A stretch of DNA of 64,000 nt from Octopus vulgaris (Eukaryota). The position numbers and the translations under genes were made by a program. Where the stretch lies: positions 29,760,001-29,824,000 of the forward strand of contig OX597835.1 of NCBI GenBank assembly GCA_951406725.2, in the 5' to 3' direction. Position 1 is the stretch's first letter; every line of letters starts with the position of its first letter. This document shows positions 28,735 to 42,414 of this stretch, one piece after another. The notes under the pieces are model-generated. The model ran no database searches. It was given only the letters and a program-made list of their open reading frames with translations, and was not told where the DNA came from.

Positions 28735-29100
28735 GTAGTGCTGTTCACAACGACGATGATGAAGATGGCGATGAAAATGTTGCTACTGCTGCTGCTGCTG
28801 ATGATGATTGTTATGATAATGACGAAGATGACGATAATGATAATGACGATATGATGCTGACCATATTGGTAGTGAGGCGAGAATGATGAGGGTGATGATG
28901 ACGATGATGATGATGATGATGACGACGACCACGACGATGATGACAATGATCATAATGGTGACGATGGTAGTGCGGTTCACGACAACGATGATGAAAATGA
29001 TGATGATGATAATGATAATGACGACGACGACGACGATGATGACAACGATGATGATGATGATGGCTACGACGACGACGATGAAGATGATGATGATGATGAA

Positions 29101-29159
<59 letters not shown>

Positions 29160-29330
29160 GGATGTTGATGATGATGATGATGAGGATGTTGATGACGACG
29201 ACAACGACGATGATGACGATGATGATGTTAATGATGATGACGATGACCACGACGACTACGGCTACGACGACGATGATGGTGATGGTGACGACGACGACGA
29301 CGGCGCTAATACTGTTCGTGATGATAACAG
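28170..29330. repeat. Cryptic trinucleotide array (AAT/GAT/GAC/ACT)n
   Basis: Directly visible; source of the poly-M, poly-I and poly-V ORFs. Confidence 0.9.
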
Positions 29331-29476
29331 CAGCAAAGACAATAAAAAATTAAACGTCTGAAACTTGAATCATCTGAGAGACTTGCGCAAGTTTCTGCAA
29401 TTTCAATTATATTTATAAACATGCGCGCATACGTGCTTTAATACATACATACATACACACACACACACATACACAC

Positions 29477-29533
<57 letters not shown>

Positions 29534-29554
29534 TACACACATACATACATACAT

Positions 29555-29609
<55 letters not shown>

Positions 29610-29692
29610 TGTATATGTACATATACGTTTATATGTATATACATATATAAAGACCTACATACATGTGTGTCTATACATGCACATACACACAC

Positions 29693-29751
<59 letters not shown>

Positions 29752-29871
29752 CTACATATAGGTTATGTGAAATAAAATAATACGAATATTTGTGTAAACA
29801 ATATTATAAAAGTTAATATATCTGGACATCAATATAGTATGTAAACACTACTGCTGCTGCTGCTACTACTG

Positions 29872-29909
<38 letters not shown>

Positions 29910-30046
29910 GCTGCTGCTTACTATGATTGTGATGTGTATGTATATATACATATATATATATTTATCTATATATGTAGGTACGCATGTGCATTCGTGTGTA
30001 TGTATATATATATAAATATATATATATGTATGTATGTATTTGTAAT

Positions 30047-30094
<48 letters not shown>

Positions 30095-30727
30095 GGTGTG
30101 TATGTAAACGACAACTTATGATATTGTTGATTCTTGTGGAATTTTATTGAACTTTTCTTTCTTATCTTGGAATACGTTATGATCTTTCGGTTTTAGTTAT
30201 CAAATTTCTCACCATTGGAGAGAGAGAGAGAGAAAGAGAATGAAAGAGTGAGAAAAAGAGAGAGAGAGAGATGGTTTCTAACCCAGAAACAACGAACGTA
30301 TGAATGCACGTAAGTATGTATGTATCATGTTAGGTGTTCGTATGAATGTATGTATGTATGTATGTATGTATGTATGTATGTATGCGTGTATGTATGCGTG
30401 TATGTGTGTATGTATGTATGTATGTATGTATGTATGTATGTATGTATGTATATATGTATGTATGAATGTATGAATGTATGTATGTATGTATGTATATATG
30501 TATGTCTGTCTGTCTGTATGTATGTATGTATGTATGTATATATGTATGTATGTATGTATGCATGTGTGTGTATGTGTGTGTTTGTGTGTCTGTGTGTTCA
30601 CTTGTTTATGTATGTTCGTATGTATCTATGTGCGTATGCATATACATGTATGTACGCTTGTGTGTTTTTTGTGCATGCGTTTGTGTATACGCACGCATGT
30701 ATAAGTATATATATATGTATATGTATG

Positions 30728-30793
<66 letters not shown>

Positions 30794-30879
30794 TATTTTT
30801 CGAACCACCTTAGCGTCCAGAGAGCTGCTGATTTTCACAAGAGGCCATATCTTCTCCTTGAGATCCACACACCAATATC

Positions 30880-31365
30880 CGACCCATTATGTTTTATTTA
30901 TGTCATTATTCAGTTTTATTTCAAGATTTCTTACCAATAGAGAAACAGCTGGTTTCTAACCTAGATTCAAAGCTCCTTCATTTGAATTTCAACATCAACA
31001 GTGTTTTTGTATGTATGCATATATATGTTCAGATTTGTACGTTTTGTTTTATGTATGCATTCTCATGCATATAGTTGCATATCTAGATCTGCTCATATAA
31101 ACTTAAGTGATAAACTTCTGGAAAGTTTTACAGATTTTTGCAGTTCCAGTGATGACTTGGATCTGTGGCATTCGAATTAAGTTTCTCTTTTCTGGTTTTG
31201 AGATTGGCATTTAAACAGTGTTACATATCGCTGTGTTCCAATAATTACAGGTATAAACCCGAACTTGTAATCTTGATTTCTCAATAGTTCAGCGTATCTT
31301 TCTTTTTCGTTGATATTTAGCTGTATGTTAACATCCTCTGGGCAGATAACTTCCACAACTGTACT
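30880..31365 (-). mobile_element. 3' end of an R4/Dong-like (restriction-like endonuclease) non-LTR element
   Basis: TVVEVICPEDVNIQLNINEKERYAELLRNQDYKFGFIPVIIG...ITGTAKICKTFQKFIT* resembles an RLE C-terminus; the same ORF end and UTR recur on + at ~32128-32225. Confidence 0.65.
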
Positions 31366-31469
31366 CAATTGTATGTATGCATGTATTTATGTATGTATGT
31401 ATGTATGTATGTATGTATGTATGTATGTATGTATGTATGTATGTATGTATGCATATATGTGTGCATATG

Positions 31470-31808
31470 AGCGCGGGGACATAGAAATAATCGGACTGAA
31501 TACCCGATCGCGCGGTTAAACCATTGGGAGTGAAGGGTTCTTAGCTTTTGTTAGGGCATCCTCCTAGGAGAAGGTAACTCAGGTAACTGGGATAACTCCG
31601 ACATAAAACCTGCAGCTCAGTGGTTACCGATGATGTTAACTTGTTCTTCTTTTCGGATTATGGCTGCTGTTGCTTAGTGAGTAGGATTGACTCCGCGCAA
31701 ATACTTTCCTCACTTTAAAAAAATCTTCTTGCACAGGCATTGCACGATAACAACATTGATTAAGCTTCATGCAATGGCCATACTCGATAGCGATGGGGCA
31801 GCCACCAT
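31470..31808 (+). mobile_element. Interspersed repeat fragment, possibly RTE-derived non-autonomous element
   Basis: gggcatcctcctaggagaaggtaactc recalls RTE 5'UTR motifs; inserted within (ATGT)n. Confidence 0.35.
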
Positions 31809-32353
31809 GCATATATGTATATTTGTATGTATATTTGTATGTATGTATGTATGTATGTATGTATGTATGTATGTATGTATGTATGTATGTATGAATGTAT
31901 GCATGTATGCTTGTTGGCAATGCATGTATGTATGCGTGCATGTATGTATATATGTATGCATATATGTACGTAAGTATGTATTTAATTTGTATTATGCATG
32001 TATGTACTCTGGTCTGCAGCAGTAAAAGCTGTAAGGGTCCCATGAATGGGATTACTAGCATATGTGATGACCATCCAGCTGAACGCGAAGAGACAGAAAA
32101 ACCGTTGGTTGGTGTCAGGACACGCAGCAGTTTATCATTGAAATATGTATAAGCATGTCTAGATATGCAACTATAAGCGTGAGAATACATACATAAAACA
32201 TACAAATCTGCACATATACATTAATACATACACACATACATACATAATACATACATACATACATACATACACACATACATACATACATACATACATACAT
32301 ACATACATACATACATACATACATACATGCATACATATATGCATACATACATC

Positions 32354-33120
32354 TGAGGTCAGTGTAGAGGATTTGGAAAGAGATGAATGAGTCTAAAGGT
32401 GATTACAAAGGTACGACAGCTCGGAAAACTCACTCTGATCGTTCTGATGAGAAAAGAAATCCTAAATTTGTTGTTGAGATCCAGGCGATCATTGACAACG
32501 ATCCCTCCAAATCAATAAGGTCCATTGCTAGGGAAATGGAAGTGTCTGAGTTTCTTATCAGGTAGCTACTGCATGAAGACATTCGGTATTTCTCCTACAA
32601 GATGAGAAAAGGCCAATTTTTATCCCAAGTCATCAAGGACAAGAGGAAAAACCGTACTACGAATCTTTTGAACAAACTCAAGCATCTCATCCAACCGAAC
32701 ATGCTTTGGTTTTTCTCAGACGGGAAAAATTTCTGCCAGGATCAGATGGTGAACACACAGAAAGACTGTTGGCTTGCTGTGTCTCCAAAACATGTACCAA
32801 GAGTGATAACAATCACACACCCAGACAACATCATGGTGTTTGGAGTGATCACTAATGAGGGCGAAGTTGTGCCTCCATTTAACTTCCCAAACGGCCTCAG
32901 ACTCAACACAGAGGCCTACATCAAGTGGTGGAGGAGGTAGTGCTGCCCTGAGTCAAGGGGGTGGGTGCAGGAAGACCCTATGTCTGGCAACAGGACTCTG
33001 CACCATGCTACGCAAGCAGGAGAACCCAGTCATGGCTGTCAGACAATTTTTGAGACCACAACATAACAACTGACCCCCTAATTCACCAGACTGTACCCCC
33101 TTGATTATTATGTGTGGAGT
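32354..33120 (+). mobile_element. Degenerate maT/DD37D-like Tc1-mariner transposase
   Basis: DPSKSIRSIAREMEVSEFLIR HTH, WFFSDGKNF, IMVFGVITNEG, PYVWQQDSAPC, PNSPDCTPLDYYVWS with stops and frameshifts. Confidence 0.85.
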
Positions 33121-33157
33121 ATTTTTGTATAATTAGACGTCAATATATATATATATG

Positions 33158-33280
33158 TACAAGGCTTTCGTTGACCCGGGACTATAGTTGAAGACACATG
33201 CCGAAGATGTCACGCAGTGGGGACTGAACCCGAACTCATGTGGTTGGGAAGCAGACATCTCACCACATAGCCACGCCTGA
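33158..33280 (-). mobile_element. Family 2 SINE 5' half
   Basis: actatagttgaagacacatgccgaagatgtcacgcagtggggactgaaccc. Confidence 0.75.
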
Positions 33281-33567
33281 TAATATAGATATATATATGT
33301 ATTATACACACACACACATACACATACATTGATGTGCGTATGCATTTTCTCTGGGTGTTTATGTAACATCTGTCGGATTTTATGTCAGCACGGGTGGTCC
33401 CATTTAGAGACGGAATTAACTGCTTAGGTTATTTATCTGCTTGCCTGCCTGCCTGCCTGCCTGCCTGTCTCTCTGTCTGTGTGCTTGTCTGTCGGTATGT
33501 GTTTCTGTATATATTTGTATGCATCGAAATATTTGCGAATGCGTGTATATAGTTATGTTAACTTGCA

Positions 33568-33711
33568 TTGTGTGGTATGAAGCTTGCTTCCCAACTACAC
33601 GGTTCCGGGTTCAGTTCCACTGAATGGCATCTTGGGCAAATGTCTTCTACTATAGCCTCGGTCCAACCAAAGCCTTGTGAATGGCTTTGGTAAACCGAAA
33701 TTGAAACAAAC

Positions 33712-33715
<4 letters not shown>
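33568..33715 (+). mobile_element. Family 2 SINE 5' half running into (TA)n
   Basis: ggttccgggttcagttccactg...cttgggcaaatgtcttctactatagcc. Confidence 0.8.
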
Positions 33716-33769
<54 letters not shown>

Positions 33770-34170
33770 AAGGTTAATCCAAACATGAAAACACAAAGAG
33801 AAAACACAACAACGCGAGGACGTGGAACAAATATAGTATTACTGGACGCTCAGGAAGGAAGGGAAGAAGGAGGATTTAACGTTTCGAGCGGAGCTCTTCG
33901 TCAGAAACATAGGAAAAGGAAAGATCCAGAGAAGGGACGACAGAGGAAAAAAAATCGCCAACGATACACACGCGGTCACATTTTGAATGACCGGAAGGAA
34001 ATGAGTATGAAATAGAAATACAATAGAGGACATTAAAACATTCGGACAGATAGACGATAAAAAGGCGGACAAGCGAAACAACAATTAGAAGGACAAGCAA
34101 AAAGGACAGGTCATTCGTGGCTTTCTTTCCTCAATGAAGTTCCAGAAGTCACGACCATTTCGGGCAATTA
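33770..34170 (-). mobile_element. Penelope-type non-coding terminal (pseudo-LTR-like) fragment carrying a hammerhead motif
   Basis: 33772-33980 is closely similar to 38188-38394; Penelope assignment inferred from the minimal hammerhead. Confidence 0.65.
33875..33908 (-). ncRNA. Minimal type I hammerhead ribozyme motif
   Basis: Minus strand gttt-CUGACGA-a-gagc(tcc)gctc-GAAA-C-GUU-aaa; canonical core with palindromic ACGU stem III. Confidence 0.75.
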
Positions 34171-34179
34171 CATATATAT

Positions 34180-34403
34180 ATTTCTTTATTTCCCACAGGG
34201 GGTCAAACATAGAAGGGACACACAAGGACAGACAAATGGATTAAGTCGATTACATCGACTCCAGTGCGTAACTGGTACTTATTTAATCGACCCCGAAATG
34301 ATAAAAGACAAAGTCGACCTCAACGGAATTTGAACTCAGAACGTAACGGCAGACGAAACACTACCAAGCACTTCGCCCGGCGTGCTAACGATTCTGCCAG
34401 TTC
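34180..34403 (-). mobile_element. SINE family 1 with tail A
   Basis: tttctttatttcccacaggg...ttaagtcgattacatcgac...gattctgccag. Confidence 0.9.
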
Positions 34404-34431
34404 GTCTATCCCTCCCTCCCTCGTTCCATCC

Positions 34432-34896
<465 letters not shown>

Positions 34897-35022
34897 GATA
34901 TTTTACGATATTTCATATAATATATTCTTTGAAGAAATATCTCTTCAAAATACAGTATATTAAACCAGTGTATCCTGGAATAAAGATATCCCTGTATGAG
35001 GTTAAAATATACTCATTGTGAC

Positions 35023-35055
<33 letters not shown>

Positions 35056-35424
35056 CTGTCTGTCTGTCTTTGTGTCTGTGTTTGCCACTACATCACCGTT
35101 TGACAACCTGTGTTGGTGTGTTTACGAACCTTGCAACTTAGTCGAACAAATCAACCCTAGGACTTACTTTTTAAACCTAGTATATATTCTATCGGTCTCT
35201 TTGCCCCACTGCTAAGTACTAGGCCTAAAAAAATTAAGCCTCGACTAAAACCTCCATCAAGGTGGTGTTCCAGCACTGCCGCAGTGAATTGATAGTAAGA
35301 AGTAAAAGAATAAAAGAAAGAATATATAATACATGTGCGTGTGTACACACACACACACATACACACACACATACACACACACATACACACACACATACAC
35401 ACACACACACATATATATATACAT

Positions 35425-35455
<31 letters not shown>

Positions 35456-35458
35456 CAT

Positions 35459-35495
<37 letters not shown>

Positions 35496-35629
35496 CATAT
35501 ATACATATAAAAATGGGACAAGAACGCAAAACATCCAGATAGACGAAACAAGGAAAACAAGAATAGATCATTCGGAGTTTTCTATCCTCAGTCGAGTTCC
35601 ACATTATCTTTGCAATTTCGGCTGGTTCT

Positions 35630-36000
35630 GGGTTCTGGGTTCAGTCCCACTACGTGGCACTTTGGGCCGACCAAAGCCTCTACAAAGCCTCTACAAAGCC
35701 TCGGGCCGACCAAAGCCTTGTAAGTGGATTTGGTTGACGGAAACTGAAAGAAGCCCGTCGTATATATGTATATGTATATATGTGTGTGTTTGTGTGTCTG
35801 TGTTTGTCCCCCCATCATCGCTTGACAACCGATGCTGGTGTGTTTATGTTCCCGTCACTAAGTGGTTCGGCAAAAGACACTGATAGAATAAGTACTAGGC
35901 TTACAAAGAATATTTCCTGGGGTCAATTTGCTCGACTAAAGGCAGTGCTCCAGCATGGCCGCAGTCAAATGACTGAAACAAGTAAAAGAGAGTAAAGAGT
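35630..36000 (+). mobile_element. SINE family 2
   Basis: gggttcagtcccactacgtggcac...cagtcaaatgactgaaacaagtaaaagag. Confidence 0.9.
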
Positions 36001-36387
36001 AATATATGTAAATACTATACACAAAGCCCCTCCTCCCAAACCAGGCTGTACGCTTCCCTTAGGCAAACATCTTACCACCCAGTGGTAAACCTCTTACCAC
36101 ACAGCCACCCTTGTCCTGCGCCTCATATAATTAAAATCTCGAAGCAACACAATAATTCTCGATTAATTCAAAACTATGCGAATAAATATTTGTTGAGATT
36201 AATCTGAGTGTTAAATGGTTAAAGAAGGACCCTTGAAGGACCCTTGAAGTCGACATAACATTACATCAGTGATGAGCAAACTGCGGCGACGCGGAACTTT
36301 CTGAATGGTACATTTAACAAAATAATTCCCTTGATTTTCTTTTTGGTCAATAGTGCAGCCTGCTTGACGATGGCCCAAGTATCCAGC

Positions 36388-36699
36388 GTGGAGGCACATG
36401 GCCTATTGGTTAGAGCAGCGGATTCGCGGTCGAGGGATCGCGGGTTCGAATCTCAGACCGCGGGATATGTGTGTTTATGAGCGAAACACCTAAGATCCAC
36501 GCAGCAACGGCAGCAGATAATGGCGAAACTTCTGCTGACTCTTTCGCCACAACTTTCTCTCACTCTTTGCTCCTGCATCTTGCAGCTCATCTGTGACGGA
36601 CCGGCGTACCGTTCAGGTGGGGAACCTATACGCCAAGAAACCGGGAAACCGGCCCTTATGAGCCAGGCATAGCTCGAGAAGGAACAACCAACCAACAAA
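36388..36699 (+). mobile_element. SINE family 3, full length, tail X, with TSD
   Basis: gtggaggcacatggcctattggttagagcagcgg...ggttcgaatc; TSD ccaagtatc(c/t)agc at 36375-36387 and 36700-36712. Confidence 0.92.
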
Positions 36700-37004
36700 C
36701 CAAGTATCTAGCGGCTCACCTTTTAAGAGAAATTTCCCATGTCTGCTTTATATGGCAATTTGACCTGCAAGAAACAGGAACAAATTCTGGAAATTAGAGC
36801 CTACCTTCTTGGTAAATGAACGAAACAATTAATCTAGAGACATTAGAACCAAAAAGACAAACGAAAAGAAGAGAAGGATGTCGTAAGTGGAATGCTTTTC
36901 TGGAGTCAACATTAAGTTTCATCAGAGATAAAGTTGGGCTCTATAGCGTGTCCGTAAAGTCTTGGTGGCATTTCAAAACTATTTCAAAACAGTTATACAT
37001 TATT

Positions 37005-37260
37005 TACATTATTTACATTATTTACATTTGACGGATATTTGTCCTCATCTTGTTTGTTGTTAGCACAACGTTTCGGCTGATATACCCTCTAGCTTTCTTC
37101 AGGTGTCTTGGGAAAATTTCGAACCTGGGTTCCCCAGACACCTGAAGATTTCCACAAGAACCTGAAGAAGGCTGGAGGGTATATCAGCCGAAACGTTGTG
37201 TTAACAACAAACAAGATGAAGACAAATATTCGTCGAATGTAAATAATATAAATAATGTAC
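37005..37260. mobile_element. Fold-back element with ~105-bp arms and a hammerhead motif in each arm
   Basis: 37005-37110 is the reverse complement of ~37155-37260. Confidence 0.85.
37157..37202 (+). ncRNA. Minimal type I hammerhead motif; mirror copy on - at ~37062-37107
   Basis: CUGAAGA (37162-37168), a, ggctg/cagcc stem II, GAAA (37190-37193), C, GUU, gtg. Confidence 0.75.
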
Positions 37261-37321
37261 ATAATCTCTCATCTCTTAAATATAGGACAGTACTACACAG
37301 TTATATTCTTTTATTTTTAAT

Positions 37322-37522
37322 TCTTTTTCTTGTTTCAGTCATTTAACTGCGGCCATGCTGAAGCACTACCTTGAATGGTTTCTATCGAACAAACTAGCCC
37401 CGGGGCTTAGTACTTGCTCTATCGGATTGTTTTGCTGAACCACTAAGTTACGGTGACACAAACACACCAACACCGGTTGTCAGGCGGTGATGGGAAGACA
37501 AACACACACACACAGACAGACA

Positions 37523-37566
<44 letters not shown>

Positions 37567-37770
37567 CACATACACACACATGTATGTATAGATATATATA
37601 AGACGGGCTTCTTTCAGTTTCCATCTACCAAATCCACTCCCATGGCTTTAGTTTCCGTCTACCAAATCCACTCGCAAGGCTTTTAGAGGCTATAGTAGAA
37701 AACAATTGCCCAAGGTGCTACGCACTGGGACTGAACCCGGAATCAGATTTTTGGGAAAGCAAGCTTCTTA
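37322..37770 (-). mobile_element. SINE family 2, diverged
   Basis: tgtttcagtcatttaactgcggccatgctg...cactgggactgaacccgg. Confidence 0.85.
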
Positions 37771-37904
37771 ATCCTTCCACGACTTTACGGACACATTGTA
37801 TTCAAAGGATGCTTTTGGGTTTCCTTTCCTAGCACGTACCTACATCTTGAAATACGACTCATTTGTCTCTTGGATTTTGCTTTACTTTAAGCTTCAACCC
37901 AGGT

Positions 37905-38114
37905 ATTTACTCTTTACTCTTTTACTTGTTTCAGTCATTTGACTGCGGCCGTGCTGGAGCACCGCCTTTAGTCGAGCAACTCGATCCCAGGACTTATTCT
38001 TCGTAAACCTAGTACTTATTCTATCGGGCTCTTTTGCCGACCTGCTAGGTTACGGAGACGTAAACACACCAGCATCGGTTGTCAAGCGATGTTGGGGGAA
38101 CAAACACATACACA

Positions 38115-38185
<71 letters not shown>

Positions 38186-38562
38186 GTAGTTAATCCAAAC
38201 AGGAAAACACAAAGAGAAAACAATAACGCGAGGACGTGGAACAAATATAGTATTATTGGACGCCCAGGAAGGAAGGGAAGAAAGAGAGTTTTACGTTTCG
38301 AGCGGAGCTCTTCGTCAGAAACATAGGAAAAGGAGAGATCCAGAGAAGGGAAGACGGAGGAAAAAAAACCCGCCAACGGTGCACACGCGGTCATACATAT
38401 ATACGACGGGCTTCTTTCAGTTTCCGTCTACCAAATCCACTCACAAGGCTTTGGTCGGCCCGAGACTATACTAGAAGACACATGCCCAAGGTGCCACGCA
38501 GTGGGACTGAACCCAGAACCATGTGGTCGTTAAGCAAGCTACTTACCACACAGCCACTCCTA
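37905..38562 (-). mobile_element. SINE family 2 with a hammerhead cassette (38188-38394) in its internal microsatellite
   Basis: SINE 3' half 37905-38110, (CA)n(TA)n, cassette, SINE 5' half 38400-38562. Confidence 0.9.
38288..38322 (-). ncRNA. Minimal type I hammerhead ribozyme motif
   Basis: Minus strand gttt-CUGACGA-a-gagc(tcc)gctc-GAAA-C-GUA-aaac; 4-bp stem I, canonical core. Confidence 0.8.
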
Positions 38563-39090
38563 CATCTATTTGATAACTTTATTTTTAAATTTACTAATAA
38601 ATGTAGAAATATGATGATTCAAACCACTAAATTTGTTTTTACTAACATGTTTTCTTTTCTTTTAAGATTATGACATATCCGAACTACGCTATCAACAAGC
38701 TTAGAGAACGCGAATATCACTCGACTCTGTTTGCTAAGCTTGCAATGGCTTCACAACTCTTATCACAGCAGCGATATGTTACAAGAGATATCAGAAAGAT
38801 ACACAACTTGTATTTTGACTGTCAACTAACTGACGGAGATAAAACACAGTCACCTCCCGAAATTTGTATTACAGCATGTTTAAGTGGTTTGTATGATTGG
38901 ATGAAGACAAAGGAGCCGTGAATGTCTTTTGCAGGGCCAGGGATTTTGACGGGAGAGGAAAGAAACGTAACTGTTATTTTTAATGTCGTTAGTATTTAAG
39001 CGGCTCCTTCACATCCCCGCCACGACGACGACGATGACGACGACCACGACGACGACCACGACGACGACCACGACCACCACCACCACCACT

Positions 39091-39327
39091 ACCTATTTCT
39101 TTATTGCCCACAAAGGGGCTAAACATAGAAGGGACAAACAAGGACAGACAATGGGATTAAGTCGATTATATCGACCCCAGTGCGTAACTGGTACTTATTT
39201 AATCGACCCCGAAAGGATGAAAGGCAAAGTCGACCTCGGCGGAATTTGAACTCAGAACGTAGCGGCAGACGAAATACCACTAAGCATTTCGCCCGGCTTG
39301 TTAATGTTTCTGCCAACTCGCCGCCTT
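39091..39327 (-). mobile_element. SINE family 1 with tail A
   Basis: ctatttctttattgcccacaaaggggctaaac...tgccaactcgccgcct. Confidence 0.9.
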
Positions 39328-39734
39328 TTCCACCACCACTACCAGCACCAGCACCAGCACCAGCACCACCACCCCGACCACGACCACCACGACCACGACC
39401 ACGACCACGACAACCACGACGACCACCACCACCACTACCACCACCACCAACAACAACAATTTGTATACTGCATTGGGAGACACTGATCTTAATTCTCTCC
39501 AAGGTGGACTCAAGTCTATTGAAAGGGGAGAAGATATTAATGAAGATGCAACGATGGATGGTGTTTCTGAACTTTCATTATGTCCACCCATCCTTCCTTC
39601 CCACCTTCCTTCCTTCCTTCCTTCCTTCCTTCCCACCTTCCTTCCTTCCTTCCTTCCTTCCTTCCTTCCTTCCTTCCCACCTTCCTTCCTTCCTTTCTTT
39701 CTTTATTCCTTCCTTCCTTCCATTTCCTTTGTCC

Positions 39735-40070
39735 ATTATTCGTATGAGTAGAGTCCTCTGACACCTAACAAAAGCAAACGTCGTTACATTTTCTGGACTG
39801 GATTCCCAAGCATGACCAGTTGAGACTATGGATATTATCCAACCATCTCGCTCTTGGTCTACTCCTAGGTTTCTAACCAGTTTTCTCAGCTTCAAGAATC
39901 TGTCTTGCAATTCTATACCGTCGCATCTAATTACACTTCCGTGGTACCGAAGCTGTGACGGTAAAAATTCAGAGAAGAAGCGGTTTGATCTGGAGACGCT
40001 CCTTGTTCTCCGAATTACGCTTATTATATCGAGTAACGTTATTCCAGAGATCCATTCTTTATGTTCCAAA
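39735..40070 (-). pseudogene. RTE-clade LINE 3' fragment
   Basis: ISGITLLD...SQLRYHGSVIRCDG and, after a frameshift, SRPRARWLDNI, matching the RTE terminal GRPRxRW motif. Confidence 0.7.
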
Positions 40071-40089
40071 TAAAATTCAGGAGAGAATA

Positions 40090-41105
40090 TAGGTTCGAAC
40101 GATCTTTAGAAGGATTTAGAACTGTCAGAAAATCAGGCAGAGCTTCTAACCTCTCGTTTGAAATAAAGGCATTTGCGAGAAGAAAATCCAACAAAGCATT
40201 CTCTAGAAAGCGAAATTTTGATTTAGCAGTATATTTCAAAGTGGATAGTCCTCTCTGTTATTATTATGGCACTAATGGGCTTTTTCCAAGTGTATCTGAA
40301 AGGCGCAATAGCGATTTTTTTTTATATAGATTCATCACTAGGAAGTTTAAAAGCTGTTTTATTGCATAATGGAAATTTAGGACCACCAAGCCCCATCGCT
40401 TATATTCAGTACATTTAAAAGAATCCTATGTTAACACAGAGATCCTTCTTAATACAATTCAAGAGAACGATTACCGATGGAATCTTTGTAGATATCTTAA
40501 AGTAATTACTATGTTAATAGGCATGCAAGAAGGATTCAGTAAGCATTGCTGGTTTCTATGTCTGTGGGACAGTCACGCTATTACAGTTCATTATTATAGA
40601 AGAAAATGGTTGAGCAGGTCTTCGTATATTTCCCGAAGAAATAATATTCAATCATTTCTTTTCCTTTAGTTGATCCGAAGAAGATATTTTTATCACCTTT
40701 TCACATTAAGTTGGTTTAATGAAGATATCTGTTAAGACCAAGGGGAAAGAAAATTCAAAAGGACTTCAATTTTCAACCGGAAATATAAAATAAAAAAATA
40801 AGCAAAGAGTGAGTTTTTATTGGAGTTCAGATCGTAGAAATATAAAAAGAAAATAGCTGTGATGAAACAATCAGAATAGCTGAACTAAAAGCTTGGCATG
40901 GCATGTCTTTAAATTGTCGTGTGCTAACTCCTTAGGAAATTAAAGGTCTTCTTTTCAAAAGGGAGTCGAGAAAATGATTGAAGCTTTCAAAAATATGGTT
41001 TGTTGCATGTCTCCTAAATTGCATGTCTCAGATTTCACACCTAGATTTCTTTAACTGAAAACCTTGGCTTAGTTAGTGACAAACAAATAAAGAAAGAGAG
41101 AGAGA

Positions 41106-41144
<39 letters not shown>

Positions 41145-41270
41145 TGTGTGTGTGTGTGTGGTGAGAGAGAATGGACGGGAGAGAGATTTCACCAAAGATG
41201 TCTAATCTACGGAAGCACGCTACCAAAGATTCTGGAATACAAAATGGAAGACAAGCGCTGGATGTTCATA
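40090..41270 (+). mobile_element. Heavily degenerate Chapaev3-like (CMC) transposase
   Basis: Fragments NDL*KDLELSENQAELLTSRLK, IDSSLGSLKAVLLHNGN, HLKESY, LKVITMLIGMQEGFSKHCWFLCLWDS, LVDPKKIFLSPFHIKL in the expected order. Confidence 0.75.
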
Positions 41271-41410
41271 TCGTGAGAGTGCAAAGCCACATTTACGTTT
41301 AAGATTGCGGATATGTGTGTACTATATACATATTGCATACGAATAGTAATGTGCACAGGTAATAAGATTTATAGTAGAAAATAAAATATTAATATGGTAT
41401 TTTAAATATA

Positions 41411-41782
41411 AGGCGGTGAACCAGCAGAATCGTTAGCACGACGGACCAAATGCTTAGCGGCATATCGTCCGACTTTTCACTTCGAGTTTAAATTCAATTG
41501 AGGCCGACGTTGCCTTTCATGCTTTCGGGGTCGATAAAATAAGTACCAGTTGAATATTAGGGTCCACGTAATCGACTCCTCCGCTCTTGAACTAGCGAAC
41601 TAAATGCTTAGCGGCATTTCGTCCGACTTTTCACTCCGAGTTCAAATTCAACTGAGGCCGACGTTGCCTTCCATGCTTTCGGGGTCGATAAAATAAGTAC
41701 CAGTTGAATATTAGAGTCCACGTAATCGACTCCCCCGCTCCCGAACTAGCTGGTCTTGTGCCAAAAATTGAAACCAGTATAA
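41411..41782 (+). mobile_element. Family 1 SINE with internal tandem duplication (tail B)
   Basis: aaatgcttagcggcat...gtaatcgactcc occurs at ~41448 and ~41603 with shared private variants (gaggccgacgttgcc, catgctttcgggg). Confidence 0.85.
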
Positions 41783-41814
41783 TGCTTTAGATATTATGTT
41801 ATAATATAAAAGGG

Positions 41815-42151
41815 TAAAGAACACCCTTCGGTCATGAATGATCATGGGATTGCACCCGTAAAGTTATCCTCTGAGGCAAAATTCCGGGTAAGGTTGTTTC
41901 TAGAAGACCAGCAGTTGCCCATGCATACCAGTCTCCCCTCTCTACACCACCGATGTTATCCAAGGGAAAAGCAAAGACCGATAGAACTTGGCAACAGTGA
42001 CGTCACGACATATTTCTACAACTGAGTGAACTGGAGCAGCGCAAATAAAGTGTCTCGCTCAAGAACACAATATATAGCCCGGTTCGAGAATCGAACTCAC
42101 TACCCCACAACTGCGAGCCCGATACTTTAACCACTGAGCCATGCGCCTTCA
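41815..42151 (-). mobile_element. SINE family 4
   Basis: Reverse complement is homologous to 15846-16165. Confidence 0.8.
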
Positions 42152-42202
42152 TGTAATGCCTTAATGACCAAAGGGAATCTTTACCCTTTTGCCCTTATAG
42201 CA

Positions 42203-42250
<48 letters not shown>

Positions 42251-42294
42251 GTTTAAATATATATATACGTTTAAATATGACCATTCCGAAATAT

Positions 42295-42365
<71 letters not shown>

Positions 42366-42414
42366 TGTACTCGCATAGCAAGTGATTTGATCTGAGATCG
42401 TGTGCTGAAACGAA

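Noticed and set aside
28560-29330. Asp-rich biomineralisation-type protein in the GAT/GAC frame
   Set aside because: Continuous with flanking AAT/ACT microsatellites, frame shifts within the array, no signal peptide or splice evidence
35570-35630. Hammerhead on the minus strand (CUGAGGA and GAAA present; related sequence at 34110-34170)
   Set aside because: I could not assemble consistent stems I-III around the core
39578-40069. 163-aa host gene or DIRS-type RT
   Set aside because: The N-terminal part fits a frameshifted RTE C-terminus and the rest is (GGAA)n
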